Source: an uncultured Gemmatimonadales bacterium (lineage in GTDB: Bacteria; Gemmatimonadota; Gemmatimonadetes; Gemmatimonadales; Gemmatimonadaceae). Taken from it: a stretch of DNA of 64,000 nt. This document shows, in pieces, positions 21,565-34,924 of this stretch. Numbering within the stretch: the stretch's first letter is position 1; the number at the start of each line of letters is the position of its first letter. The stretch covers positions 2,880,001 to 2,944,000 of the forward strand of contig CAWKMU010000003.1 in the NCBI GenBank assembly GCA_963850905.1. Direction: 5' to 3'. A program made the position numbers and the translations under genes. A model generated the notes under the pieces. That model was not told where the DNA came from. It did no database searches and worked only from the letters and a program-made list of their open reading frames with translations.

Positions 21565-22046
21565 TCGCATCTCGCCGCGCTGAGCCCCGGCTCGAGACCC
21601 GAGCTCGCGCCCGCGCGCTGCAAGCACTCTACGCGTGGGATGTCCGCGCCAGCGCAGGCAAACCGGACGCGCGAGCGCGACGCTCCGCGGCCACGGGTGA
21701 CGGTGCCGTCCTCACCCAGGTGGCCAACCAGGTGTGGGACGATCTCGCGGTGGCGCCCGAAGAGCGACGAGTGGCGAGTCGACTGGTCGGTGAGGTTGCC
21801 GAGAACCTGCCGCAGCTCGATCAGGAGCTGGCCGATGCCGCGACGAACTGGCGCATCGCCCGCATGGCGGTGGTCGATCGTTGCGTCCTGCGGCTCGCAG
21901 CAGCCGAGCTGCTGCAGGGGTCGACGCCGGCCCGGGTCGTGATCTCGGAAGCCGTCCACCTGGCGGAGCGCTTCGGCACCAGTCAGAGCGCGCACTTCGT
22001 CAATGGCGTGCTCGATGCCGTGGCTCGACGCATGGACCGGTTGTAA
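21561..22046 (+). CDS. nusB: Transcription antitermination factor NusB
   Basis: RARARALQALY, NWRIARM..VDR, EAVHLA..F, FVNGVLD; canonical ribH-nusB order. Confidence 0.92.
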   Translation: MIASRRAEPRLETRARARALQALYAWDVRASAGKPDARARRSAATGDGAVLTQVANQVWDDLAVAPEERRVASRLVGEVAENLPQLDQELADAATNWRIARMAVVDRCVLRLAAAELLQGSTPARVVISEAVHLAERFGTSQSAHFVNGVLDAVARRMDRL

Positions 22047-22049
22047 GCG

Positions 22050-23173
22050 GTGCGCATCCTCATCGTCAACTGGCAAGATCGAGAGAACCCGCAAGCTGGC
22101 GGAGCGGAGACCCACCTCCACGAGATCTTCGGCCGCCTGGCACGCCGTGGCCACCACGTCTCGCTGCTGTGCGGTGGCTGGCCGGGAGCCCGCCGACCGC
22201 GCGCATCGATGGGATCGATGTCCGGCGAGTTGGGACGCGATACACGTTCCCGCTCCTGGCGAGGCGTGCGTATGAGCGCTACCTGGCGCATACGCCTTTC
22301 GACGTCCTCGTCGAGGACTTGAACAAGGTGCCCCTGCTGACTCCACGGTGGGTCCACCCAGCGCCGACTCCACGCATCGTCGGTCTCGTGCACCACTTGT
22401 TCGGTGCCACGGCATTCTCCGCGTTCGCTTTGCCGCTGGCGACTGCCGTGTGGCTCGGGGAACGACCGCTGGGACGCGCGTACCACGACGTGCAGTTCGA
22501 GGCCGTGAGTAACGGGACGGCGGACGACCTCGTTGCTCGCGGCATCGCTCGCTCCCAGATCAAGGTGATCTATCAGGGAGTCGACACCTCCGCGTACACG
22601 CCCGATCCCGCTGCGCGATCAGCAACCCCGCTGTTCGCGTACCTCGGCCGTCTCAAGCGTTACAAAGGCGTGCAGCACGTCATTGCCGCGTTCGCGCGGC
22701 TCAACCTGCCGGAGGCGCGGCTGGCGATCGCCGGGGCGGGCGACTACCGGCCAGGCCTCGAGGCGCAGGTCCGTTCGCTTGACCTGCGTGACCGGGTTCA
22801 GTTTCTTGGACGCGTGTCCGAAGCGGACAAGTTGACGCTGCTCCGCCAGGCGTGGGCGCTGACGTTCGCGTCGCCCAAGGAAGGGTGGGGTATTACCAAC
22901 CTCGAAGCCGCGGCGTGCGGCACACCGGTCGTCGCCTCGAATTCGCCGGGCATCCGCGAGTCGGTGCTCGACGGAAAAACGGGCTTTCTCGTGCCCCACG
23001 CCGATATTGTGGCATTTGCCGCCGCATTGGATCGGTTCGGTCGGAACCCCGCTCTCGTGGCTTCCATGGGAGCCGCGGGCCGGACCTTTGCCGAGTCGCT
23101 GACGTGGGACCGCGCCGCCTGCGAAACCGAGACCCATCTGCGCTCGCTCATCGGCTGTCGGACTGACGCATGA
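22050..23173 (+). CDS. Glycosyltransferase family 4 (apparent frameshift near 22190)
   Basis: MRILIVNWQD..P.AGGAE; GRL..YKG; EGWG...EAAACGTPVV. Confidence 0.88.
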
Positions 23174-24238
23174 CCGCACCATCTGACCGCACACCAAGCA
23201 GCACCGATGGCGGCGGCGAGCGCCCGCGGGGACCGGGCGCGCCACCGACGCTCAGCGTCGGTGCGCTTCTGGACCTTCTGCGCGACACGCTCTCCCTCGA
23301 ACACCTCCGCCCACCGGGCGGCGACGCCGACAAGGGTCTGGAGCGAGTCGTCAGCAGCCCGGAGATCTCGAGCCCGGGGCTCGTCCTCGCGGGTTACGTC
23401 GATCGGTTCGTCGGCCAGCGCCTCCAGGTGCTCGGTGAGACCGAGGTGACCTACCTGAACTCCCTCGCTCCGGCGGATCGTGAGCGCGTACTCCGCCAGT
23501 TCCTCCGGTTCGACGTCCCCGCGCTGTTTGTGACCAAGGGGCAGGATCTGCCGCCCGGGCTTGCCGAGCAGGCCGCTGCCGCCGGCGTGGCCATCCTGCG
23601 GTCGCCGCTCAAGACCAATGAATTCTATCGGCGCGTGAAGCCGGTCCTGGAGGATCAGTTCGCGCTGCGCACGACCATGCACGGGTCCCTCGCCGACGTC
23701 TTCGGCGTCGGCTTGCTCTTCACTGGCAAGAGCGGGATCGGCAAGTCCGAATGTGTGCTCGATCTGGTCGAGCGTGGGCACCGGCTCGTAGCGGACGACC
23801 TCGTTGTCGTGACGCGTCGAGGAACCGACGTGCTCATGGGACGCGGGCACGAGCTGCAACGGCACTTTATGGAAGTGCGAGGGATCGGTCTCGATCGATA
23901 TCCGCGCGATTTTCGGCGTCCGCGCCGTCCGCCAACAAAAGCGGATTGAAGTGGTGGTCCACCTCGAGGAGTGGGACCACGATGCCGTTGTCGAGCGTAC
24001 GGGGCTGGATGGGGTGACGGTGTCCATTCTGGACATACCGGTGCCCAAGATCACCGTCCCGCTCAATCCCGGTAAGAACATCACCGTCGTCGCCGAGGTG
24101 ATCGCGATGAACCATTTGCTCCGCTACAGCGGTATCGACCCCGCCGAGCAGTTCAACGAGCGGCTGATCGAGCACATGAGTCGTGCCCGGGTGCAGCGCG
24201 CTTTGGTGAAGCAATATCTCCGAGAAGACGATGAGTGA
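23170..24238 (+). CDS. hprK: HPr(Ser) kinase/phosphorylase (apparent frameshift near 23893)
   Basis: HGSLADVFGVG, Walker A GKSGIGKSE, GHRLVADD, MEVRGIG; C-terminal PGKNI in the next frame. Confidence 0.93.
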
Positions 24239-24653
24239 CGTAGAGGAGCCGCTCGTGCCGCGGGCACTGGTCGCCGGTCACGGCGAATTCGCCGTCGGGA
24301 TTGTCTCGGCCGTGGACCAGATCACGGGTCGGGGCGGCGTGCTCGTCGCATTGTCAAATCGCAATCTCGGTGGGGAGGAGATCGTTCGGACCCTGCGCGA
24401 CGCCCTGGCCCAAGCGGGAGCGCAGGTGATCTTCACCGATCTGCCGGCAGGAAGCTGGACGATAGCCGCGCGGCGCGTGCAACGGGAACGCCCTGACCTC
24501 GTGGTGGTGACCGGCGCGAACCTGCCCGCCCTGCTCGATTTCGTATTCCAGACGGACTGCGCGTCGCAGATCGCGGCGCGTCATTCGGCCGACAAGGGGC
24601 GGGGCGCACTGGCGGTGCTCGGTGGGAGCGCGGGGAGTGGCGGTGCCGATTGA
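24231..24653 (+). CDS. PTS mannose-family IIA component
   Basis: VAGHGEFA (phospho-His), TDLPAGS, TGANLP. Confidence 0.85.
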   Translation: MSDVEEPLVPRALVAGHGEFAVGIVSAVDQITGRGGVLVALSNRNLGGEEIVRTLRDALAQAGAQVIFTDLPAGSWTIAARRVQRERPDLVVVTGANLPALLDFVFQTDCASQIAARHSADKGRGALAVLGGSAGSGGAD

Positions 24654-25134
24654 CTTGTGTCGCATCGACGACCGCTTGATCCATGGCCAAGTCGTTGTCG
24701 GGTGGGGACAGCCACTCGATATCGGGTTCATCGTGCTCGTGGATGATGAGGTTGCCGCATCCGAGTGGGAGCAGGAGCTCTACCAGCTCGGCGTCCCCCC
24801 GGGCATGGATGTGTACTTCCAGACGGTCGACGAGGCCGCCGACGCGTTTGCGCGTTTCGCCGCCGATCGCCGCGTGGGCATCGTGCTGACCAAGGACATC
24901 GAGACGATGCAGCGCCTCGCCGCCCGTGTCCCGGCGATTCAGGGCATCAACGTCGGAGGCCTCCACTATCGCGCGGGGCGCGTGCAGAAGCTGCGGTACG
25001 TGTTTCTGGCGCCCGATGAGGAAGGCGCCCTCCGCGCGCTGGCCGATCGCGGGATTACGATCACCGCGCAAGACGTGCCCGCCGCGCGCGCGATCCCGAT
25101 CGCCGACCTGCTGGCAGGCCGCAGCGATCGATGA
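24643..25134 (+). CDS. PTS mannose-family IIB component
   Basis: RIDDRLIHGQV signature, INVGG. Confidence 0.93.
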   Translation: MPIDLCRIDDRLIHGQVVVGWGQPLDIGFIVLVDDEVAASEWEQELYQLGVPPGMDVYFQTVDEAADAFARFAADRRVGIVLTKDIETMQRLAARVPAIQGINVGGLHYRAGRVQKLRYVFLAPDEEGALRALADRGITITAQDVPAARAIPIADLLAGRSDR

Positions 25135-25829
25135 CCGACACGCTGACGCCCATTCTGGCGCTCTTCCCCTTCGTGCTCCTGGGCGCGATCTGCGGGCTTG
25201 ACGTCGTGAGTTTCCCGCAGGCCATGATGTCACGCCCAATCGTGGCCGCGACGGCGGCTGGGGCACTGGCAGGCAGCGCAAGCATGGGCCTTCTGACCGG
25301 GGTCGCCGTCGAGCTGATTGCGCTCGAGACCCTGCCAGTCGGGGCGTCGCGATACCCGGAGTGGGGTTCCGCTTCCGTCGTCGCCGGCGCGCTCGCAGGC
25401 GGCTCCCCCGGGCAAAGTCCGGCCATTCTGCCCGTCGCCATGCTCGCCGCGCTCGGGACGGCGTGGGTCGGCGGGTGGACGATGATTGCGCTGCGCCGCT
25501 GGAACGCGGCCAGGGCACGTACGCACGTTCAGACGCTCGACGCGGGAGCCGCCTCCACGATCGTCGGCCTACAGCTATGGGGGCTGACGGCAGATTTCGC
25601 GCGCGCGGGTGCGCTCACGCTGGTCGCGCTCGTCGCCCTTCGTCCCCTGGCGCTCGCCGTCGCGCAGCGCTGGACGCTCGACCCGAGGACGTCGCGCGCC
25701 ATCGTCGTGGGTATCGCGGCGCCCGTCGCGGTCGCCGCGGTATGGAAGGTGTTTCACACCACGCCGGGCACGCGCTGGCTCTTCGCGTGCGGGCTCGCGG
25801 TCGGTATCGCCCTCCTCGTGTGGCTGTGA
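25131..25829 (+). CDS. PTS mannose-family IIC component
   Basis: Hydrophobic; MSRPIV, EL..L...PVG motif; position in operon. Confidence 0.85.
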   Translation: MTDTLTPILALFPFVLLGAICGLDVVSFPQAMMSRPIVAATAAGALAGSASMGLLTGVAVELIALETLPVGASRYPEWGSASVVAGALAGGSPGQSPAILPVAMLAALGTAWVGGWTMIALRRWNAARARTHVQTLDAGAASTIVGLQLWGLTADFARAGALTLVALVALRPLALAVAQRWTLDPRTSRAIVVGIAAPVAVAAVWKVFHTTPGTRWLFACGLAVGIALLVWL

Positions 25830-25837
25830 GCCTGCCG

Positions 25838-26650
25838 ATGTCCGGAACCGTGACGCAGCGTAGCAGCCCGACGGCTCCCACCGCGGAGCCTCCCGTGGGC
25901 GTCGTTACGCGCATGAGCATCTTCACGCGGCTGTTCGCGATTCAGGCATCGTGGAACTATGAGCTGTTGATGGGGACGGGCATCGGGTTTTGCGTCGAGC
26001 CGGCGTTGCGCCACCTACCCGGTGGGCCCAACGGGCGAGAGTACCATGAGGCCCTTGCTCGCGAGTCCAAATACTTCAACGCGCACCCGTACCTCGCCGC
26101 CGTGGCGGTAGGCGCACTGTCGCGCGCCGAGCTGGATCACGTCCCTGGTGCCCGGATTGAACGGTTTCGGACGGCGCTATGCGGCCCTCTGGGGAGCGTC
26201 GGCGACCGCCTCATCTGGGCGGGTTGGCTGCCCGTCTGCTCGCTGGCCGCACTGGCTGCATACGGGCTGGGTGCACACGCCGTGGCGGTCCTCGCCATCT
26301 TCCTCGGCGCGTATAATGTGGTGCAGGTCGGGCTGCGCGCGTGGGGCATACATGCGGGTTGGACCCACAGCTTGCGCGTGGCGCCCGCACTGAGTGGGCG
26401 ATTGTTTCGGAGTGGTCCCGCGTACCTGGCGCGCATCGGCGCGATGCTCGCCGGCATCGCATTGCCCGTCGCCCTGGGTCGCGCGATTGGACCCGGAGTC
26501 GGTCGAGGTCCGGTTGTGGGCGTCGTGATCGCCACGGCGCTCGGGAGCACGTTGCTGGTTCGCATGCACGGCCGCACTGAGGGCTGGCGCGTCGCGCTCG
26601 GTCTCTTGGCGGCCTTCGTTCTCTTTGCGGCGGTGATTCGGCATGGCTGA
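25838..26650 (+). CDS. PTS mannose-family IID component
   Basis: QASWNYE, YFNAHP, GPLGSVGD. Confidence 0.9.
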   Translation: MSGTVTQRSSPTAPTAEPPVGVVTRMSIFTRLFAIQASWNYELLMGTGIGFCVEPALRHLPGGPNGREYHEALARESKYFNAHPYLAAVAVGALSRAELDHVPGARIERFRTALCGPLGSVGDRLIWAGWLPVCSLAALAAYGLGAHAVAVLAIFLGAYNVVQVGLRAWGIHAGWTHSLRVAPALSGRLFRSGPAYLARIGAMLAGIALPVALGRAIGPGVGRGPVVGVVIATALGSTLLVRMHGRTEGWRVALGLLAAFVLFAAVIRHG

Positions 26651-26910
26651 GCGCACGGTCACGATTGTGAACAAGAACGGCCTTCACGCGCGGCCGGCCG
26701 CGGAAATCGTCAAGGCCGCCGCCAAGTTCGCGAGCGACATCGTGATTCTCCGCGACGACCTGGAGGTCAATGGCAAGAGCATCATGGGGGTGCTCATGCT
26801 CGCGGCAGAATGCGGCTCCTCGATTACACTCCGGGCGTCGGGCCCGGATGAGGTCGCCGCAGTCGATACGCTCGCGGCGCTCATCACCGACGAAGTTCGG
26901 GGAGAAGTAG
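26643..26910 (+). CDS. ptsH: Phosphocarrier protein HPr (apparent +1 frameshift near 26891)
   Basis: GLHARPA (His15), NGKSIMG (Ser46); removing one base restores the TDKFGEK* end. Confidence 0.92.
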
Positions 26911-26917
26911 CGCACAC

Positions 26918-28685
26918 ATGGACGCGCTCTTCAAGGGAGTGCCGGCGTCGCCCGGGATCGTCGTCGGGCCCGTGCACCTGCTCCGATGGGAGCTGCCGGA
27001 CGTGCGGCATCGCGTCATCGCCGATGAGGCCATCCTTGAGGAGATCGCCCGGTTCCACGCCGCGATGGAGCAGGCCAAGGAACGACTACGGCATGTCCGC
27101 GCACGCGCGGAGCTGTCCGCCGGCCCGGAAGAAGCGGCGATTTTCGATGCCCAGCTCCTCGTCCTCGAAGATGACATGCTGATCACCGAGGTCGAGTGCA
27201 ACATCCGTCAGAACTATGCCGCGGAAAAGGCGTTCGACCTCGTGATGCTCGAGCATCGGCAACAGTTCGCCCGTCACTCGCAGGCACTGCTCCGTGAACG
27301 CGCCGACGATTTGACCGATGTGCACATTCGCGTGCTGACTCTTGCTCATGGGCCTGCCGGACCACGATCCCGTGGATGTCCCCAAGGGCAGCAACGCGAT
27401 TCTCGTTACACACGACCTGACACCGAGCATCACCGTCCAATTGGATCGCGACGCGATCATTGGCATCGCGACCGATGCGGGGACGCGCACGTCGCACGTC
27501 GCGATTCTCGCCCGTTCCCTCGGCCTGCCGGCAGTTCTGGGTCTGCGTGATGCGACGAGCCGGCTCACCGGCAACGAGCGCGTCGTGCTCGATGGCGCGG
27601 CTGGCGTGCTCGCCGTCAATCCGACCGAGCCTGAAGTCGAGCAGTACCGCTGGCAGGCTCGACGCGAAGCCGAAATCGAGGCCGATGTCCGGCAGTTCGC
27701 CGTCGCGGAGCCGATCACGAAGGACGGTGTCCGCGTGACCGTCTACGCGAACGTCGACCTTCCGGAGGAGGCGGAGAAAGCCGCGCAGAGTGGCGCTGAG
27801 GGCGTCGGACTCATGCGCACCGAGTTCCTGATGGTCGGGCGCACCACCATGCCCGACGAGGACGAGCAATATCGAGCGTATGCCAGAGTCGTGCAGGCAT
27901 TCCATCCGCGGCCGGTCGTGATCCGCACTTTCGATCTCGGAGGTGACAAGCTGCCAGCGAGCGGGTATCCGACCGAAGCCAATCCGTTTCTGGGCTGGCG
28001 AGCGATTCGCATGTGCCTCGACGAGCCGGAGATGTTCAAGGTTCAGCTGCGCGCCCTGTTGCGAGCCGGGACGCAGGGCGACCTCCGGATCATGTTGCCG
28101 CTCGTCGTGAGCCTGGACGAGGTCCGCCAGGCGCGCACGCTCCTGGAGGAGGCAGCGGCCGAATTGACGGCGCGCGGCATTCCATTCCGCTCCGATCTAC
28201 CGCTTGGTGTGATGGTCGAGACCCCCGCAGCGGCGCTCGTGGCAAAGAGCTTCGGCAAGGACGTGAGCTTCTTCAGCATCGGCACCAATGATCTGGTGCA
28301 ATACACCCTGGCCGTCGATCGCGGGAACGCCAATCTCGCGTCGCGTTTCACACCACTACACCCATCGGTGCTGCGTCTCATCCGCATGATCTGCGACGCC
28401 GCCAAAACAGCTGGCCACGATGTGAGCGTGTGCGGCGAGATGGCGTCCGACCCGCTCATGGCGTTTGCGCTGATCGGCCTCGGACTGCGAGTGCTCAGCG
28501 TCGCGCCACGGTCGGTAGCCCTCGTGAAGCGCGTCATCCGCGGTATCACCCAGAAGGTCGCGGCGCAAGCCGCTCGCGAGGCACTGGAGGCCCCGACCGC
28601 CGCGATGGCGGAACAGGAGATCCGGCGACGGCTGGTGGCCGCGCTCGGCGAATCTCCACTCCGTGGGTTGCCCGGCCTCGCGTAG
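26918..28685 (+). CDS. ptsI: PEP-protein phosphotransferase enzyme I (apparent frameshift near 27340)
   Basis: GVPASPG, TSHVAILAR (phospho-His), GVGLMRTEF, NPFLGWR, SIGTNDL, CGEMA. Confidence 0.94.
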
Positions 28686-28705
28686 CCGGGTAAGATCCCG
28701 ATACC

Positions 28706-31387
<2,682 letters not shown>

Positions 31388-31438
31388 CGAGCCGGCGCGC
31401 GGAGCGATCCGGCGTAGGCGCGCGAGGCGTCACTGTCT

Positions 31439-31957
31439 ATGGTTGAAGTCATCGTTGAGAAGCTGGGGCTCGACAGTTCGACGAACAGCCATGTTGTGAT
31501 CCTCCGCGAGAAAGGGGGCACACGCATCCTGCCCATCTGGATCGGCCAGCCCGAGGCGGATTCGATCGTCATGGAGATGAAGAGCATCCGCCGCGAGCGT
31601 CCCCTCACGCATGACTTGTGCAAGAGCCTGATCATGGGGCTCGGCGGCACCTTGCGACGCGTGCAGATCACCAAGGTCCAGAAGAGCACGTATTACGCCG
31701 AGCTCCACGTGGTCCGCGCGGACGGCGTCGTCCAGATCGACGCTCGGCCGTCCGACAGCATCGCGATTGCGCTCCGAATGGCCGCGCCCATCTTCGCGCC
31801 AGAGGCGCTCCTCACCAAGATCGAGGAAGAGGAGGCGGCGGACGACTTTTCGTCGCCGGCTCCGGGTGGCCTCACACCCGAGGAGTTGACCTCCGATCAA
31901 CTGAAGGCGTACCTCGAGACCCTGCGGCCCGAGGACTTCGGGAAATTCAATCTCTGA
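31439..31957 (+). CDS. Bifunctional nuclease family protein (DUF151)
   Basis: LPIWIG..EA, RPLTHDL, DARPSDSIAIALR. Confidence 0.92.
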   Translation: MVEVIVEKLGLDSSTNSHVVILREKGGTRILPIWIGQPEADSIVMEMKSIRRERPLTHDLCKSLIMGLGGTLRRVQITKVQKSTYYAELHVVRADGVVQIDARPSDSIAIALRMAAPIFAPEALLTKIEEEEAADDFSSPAPGGLTPEELTSDQLKAYLETLRPEDFGKFNL

Positions 31958-31994
31958 CTCGCGGCGGGGTCGCCGTCGGCATTCACACCGGTTG

Positions 31995-33071
31995 ATGTGC
32001 GTCTGGCGGGACGGTGCGGCGGCTGTCGCGGCCTGCATCGTGGCCGCTGGACTGGTGACGCGCGCCACCGCTCAGCAGCCGTCGACGGCCGGCCGTGCAC
32101 CTCGTTCGTCATCTGACACGACGCTGCGCGCGCCGGACACGACCGCGGTGGGTGCAGTGCGCCGCGTGTACGGACGGGTAGTGCGCCCGACGGCGCAGGT
32201 ATTGGCTCCCATCGGTGGGCAGCAGGTGATACTGCATCGGGTGGGGTCCGACACGGCGGGTCCAATCGACTCGGCGCGCACCGGCGTTGACGGCCGGTAC
32301 GCCTTTGTCTACCGCCCGCGTGGCGCCCGAGATGCCGTCTACTTCGCATCCGCTACGTACGATGGCATCGCCTATCTGTCGCAGCCGCTGTCGACGGCAG
32401 TCGTTCGCGGGGATGAGGCAGAGATCATGGTGTATGACACGACCTCGCACCTGATCCCGTTGCGCGTGCGCGGTCGCCACCTCGTGGTCTCATCCCCAGC
32501 ACCAACGGGAAGGCGATCCGTGGTAGAGGTGTTCGAGCTCTCGAACGACACCTCCGTCACTGTTGTGTCGCCAGGCACTGGCACCGATCGGCCGACGTGG
32601 TCCTTGCTACTGCCGCCCGGCGCACAGGGCGTGCAGGTCGGACAGGGCGACATCAGTGCCGACGCGGTAACGGTCCAGGGAAATCGCATCGCCGTGTTCG
32701 CACCGTTCGCGCCCGGTCTTAAGCAGATGTCGTTTTCGTACTCGCTGCCGCCGGCATCGTTCCCGCTCGCGCGGGTGCTGCCAAGCGGAGCCATCGTCTT
32801 CGAGGTGCTGCTCGAGGAAGCGGGCGCGCGAGCGACTGGCATCGCGTTCCGGCCGGAAGCGCCGGTCACCGTAGAAGGTCGGATGTTTCGGCGCTTCATC
32901 GCTCAAGATGTTCCGGCTGGAGCGGTGCTTCGCATTCGGGTGCCGGTCATCTTCACGAACAGCCGCACGTTGTACATCGCCGTCGTCGTCACCGTGCTTG
33001 GCGCCGTGATGCTTGGGAGCCTGGCGCTTGCGTTTCGTCGACGAGCCCCAAATCCGTCTCCGCTGTTGTGA
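31995..33071 (+). CDS. Hypothetical exported protein with C-terminal TM anchor; last codons replaced by the IS insertion
   Basis: Signal peptide, beta-rich domains, C-terminal TM; original end LAGPTHIA* found beyond the IS, ending at 34711. Confidence 0.75.
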   Translation: MCVWRDGAAAVAACIVAAGLVTRATAQQPSTAGRAPRSSSDTTLRAPDTTAVGAVRRVYGRVVRPTAQVLAPIGGQQVILHRVGSDTAGPIDSARTGVDGRYAFVYRPRGARDAVYFASATYDGIAYLSQPLSTAVVRGDEAEIMVYDTTSHLIPLRVRGRHLVVSSPAPTGRRSVVEVFELSNDTSVTVVSPGTGTDRPTWSLLLPPGAQGVQVGQGDISADAVTVQGNRIAVFAPFAPGLKQMSFSYSLPPASFPLARVLPSGAIVFEVLLEEAGARATGIAFRPEAPVTVEGRMFRRFIAQDVPAGAVLRIRVPVIFTNSRTLYIAVVVTVLGAVMLGSLALAFRRRAPNPSPLL

Positions 33072-33144
33072 GTCAGTGATAATGTCCCCTGGTGGCGTCA
33101 ATAGAACTGTCCCCTAACGTCTGCTCCTCCTCACGGAGGGGCAG

Positions 33145-34569
33145 GTGGAGCGGACAGCGATGAGCAGTCGAGAATTCAAGCGGGGGACCGTACTGGCGCG
33201 CGTGCGGGTGGGTGATGTGCCGGTGGTTGAAGCCGCCCGGATGCTGGATCTGTCGTACCGCCAGGCGAAGCGTCTCTACGCGCGCTACAAGCGGGGTGGG
33301 GCGAAGGCGCTGGTCCATGGCAATGCGCACCGGCGCTCGAATCACGCGCGCCCGATCCAGGAGCAGGAGCGCGTCGTCGCGCTCGTGCGGACGCACTATA
33401 GCGGCGGGGCCGCCAAAGGGCCGCACCAGCGGTTTGGTCCCACGTTGGCGGCCGAGCATTTATGGGAGGACCATGGCATCCTGGTGCCGGTGCCGACGCT
33501 GCGCCGCTGGATGCGCGCGGCCGAGCTCTGGAGTCCAGTCCGGCGCCACACGCGCGTCTTTCGCCGCCGGGAGCGTCGGGCGCATTTCGGCGAGCTCGTG
33601 CAGCTCGACGGCAGCTTTCACGACTGGCTCGAAGGGCGCGGGCCCGGCGGGTCGGCGGCGGGCTGCCTCATGACGCTCATCGACGATGCGACGGGGACGA
33701 CCCTCGGTCGGTTCCGCGACCAGGAAACGACGTGGGGGGCGGCCGGTGTGCTTCACGCCTGGATCGCGGCGTACGGCGTGCCGCGCGCCCTGTACGTGGA
33801 TGCGAAGAGTCTCTACGTGCCGCTCCCGACGGCGATGGAGAAGGCGCGGGGTGGCGTGGTCACCACGCAGTTCGGGCGGATGTGCGCCAAGCTGGGCATC
33901 GAGCTCATCGTGGCCAAGACGCCGCAAGCCAAAGGGCGCGTCGAGCGCATCCACGGGACGAATCAGGACCGGCTCATCAAAAAGCTCCGGCTCCAAGCGA
34001 TCACCACGTACGCGGCGGCGAATACCTATCTCGAGACGCGCTATCTGGCGGCACACAATCGGCGCTTCGCCGTGCGCGCGCAGAGTCCCGTGGATTACCA
34101 CACGCGCCGGGATCCGCACCTGAGCGATCGGGATGTCTACTGTCTCGAAACGACCCGGGTGCTCGGCCGCGATTGGGTGGTGCGCCACGAGCGCCAATGC
34201 TACCAAGTGCTCGCCCGCGGCGCCGCGCGACGTTACTGCGCTCCTGGAAGCCGCCTGCTCTTGCGTGAGACGGAAGATGGGATGGTCCGCCTCCTCGTGC
34301 GCGCGATCGACGGGCGGGAGTACGCGCTCGACTGGGAGCCGGCGCCGCTCGGCCCGAGCGTCGCGTCCTACTCGGTCCCCGCGCCACTCCCGACCGACCC
34401 TGCGCCGACACCGGCTCGCGCGGGCCGCTCCGCACCCACGCCGGCGCAACTTGCTCATCGCGCACGCCTGCGGGCCCAGGAGGAGGCACACATGGCGCAG
34501 CGCCGCGGCTTGCAGACGTACAACGCGCAACGCCGGGCTGCTGCATTGGCTCGGGCCGGGGACGCGTGA
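33145..34569 (+). CDS. DDE transposase (IS1202/IS481-like)
   Basis: N-terminal HTH, GELVQLDGSFHDW, IDDATG, PRALYVD, TPQAKGRVER. Confidence 0.93.
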   Translation: MERTAMSSREFKRGTVLARVRVGDVPVVEAARMLDLSYRQAKRLYARYKRGGAKALVHGNAHRRSNHARPIQEQERVVALVRTHYSGGAAKGPHQRFGPTLAAEHLWEDHGILVPVPTLRRWMRAAELWSPVRRHTRVFRRRERRAHFGELVQLDGSFHDWLEGRGPGGSAAGCLMTLIDDATGTTLGRFRDQETTWGAAGVLHAWIAAYGVPRALYVDAKSLYVPLPTAMEKARGGVVTTQFGRMCAKLGIELIVAKTPQAKGRVERIHGTNQDRLIKKLRLQAITTYAAANTYLETRYLAAHNRRFAVRAQSPVDYHTRRDPHLSDRDVYCLETTRVLGRDWVVRHERQCYQVLARGAARRYCAPGSRLLLRETEDGMVRLLVRAIDGREYALDWEPAPLGPSVASYSVPAPLPTDPAPTPARAGRSAPTPAQLAHRARLRAQEEAHMAQRRGLQTYNAQRRAAALARAGDA

Positions 34570-34617
34570 CCCCCGGCGAGTAATCCAGAACGCACCAATG
34601 AAACTCTCTCACACCAA

Positions 34618-34662
34618 GGGGACATTTCTATTGAACTGAAACAGGGGACATTTCTATTGAAC
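34618..34662. repeat. Two exact 19-bp direct repeats in the right IS end (putative transposase binding sites)
   Basis: GGGGACATTTCTATTGAAC at 34618 and 34644; degenerate inverted counterparts at 33073-33089 and 33098-33114. Confidence 0.85.
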
Positions 34663-34685
34663 ATTGACACCAAATCCGTCTCCGC

Positions 34686-34714
34686 TTGCCGGTCCGACTC
34701 ACATCGCCTAGATT
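34686..34714 (+). promoter_or_regulatory. Putative sigma70 promoter of the btu operon
   Basis: TTGCCG-17 nt-TAGATT just upstream of the riboswitch. Confidence 0.55.
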
Positions 34715-34745
34715 CGCCGCTACAACTGCTGGACAACTGTACGAC

Positions 34746-34894
34746 GCGGACGCGGGACCCGGAAACCGGTGTGATGCCGGTGCGGCCCCGCCACTGTATC
34801 GGGCGATTCGCGAACGGATCTGTACCACTGGTGCCATCCTGGCACTGGGAAGGTGGCGATCGCGGCCCGGAGCCAGGAGACGACCCTCGTCCGC
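34746..34894 (+). ncRNA. Cobalamin riboswitch
   Basis: GGAAACCGGTG..CCGG, GCGGCCCCGCCACTGT, CCACTG..CTGGGAAGG, B12 box GAGCCAGGAGAC; P1 GCGGACG/CGTCCGC; precedes B12 transport genes. Confidence 0.93.
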
Positions 34895-34924
34895 ACCACA
34901 CTGACAGTCCTCGGGGGAGGACTG

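Larger units (their letters stand above)
33064..34669 (+). mobile_element. Insertion sequence, IS1202-like (ISNCY), 1606 bp
   Basis: Ends TGT...ACA, imperfect 26-bp inverted repeats with internal tandem copies, 16-bp direct repeat CCAAATCCGTCTCCGC at 33048-33063 and 34670-34685. Confidence 0.9.

Noticed and set aside
19060..21627. 855-aa minus-strand ORF and many other long antisense ORFs (e.g. 16800-18326, 45057-46850, 9580-10734)
   Set aside because: Shadow ORFs opposite well-supported genes in high-GC DNA; Arg/Ala-rich with no motifs
26643..27182. Apparent HPr with a long C-terminal extension
   Set aside because: A single extra base near 26891 bypasses the normal stop at 26910
34618..34662. 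Possible mini-CRISPR (two 19-bp repeats)
   Set aside because: Only 7 nt between repeats, no cas genes; they are IS terminal repeats
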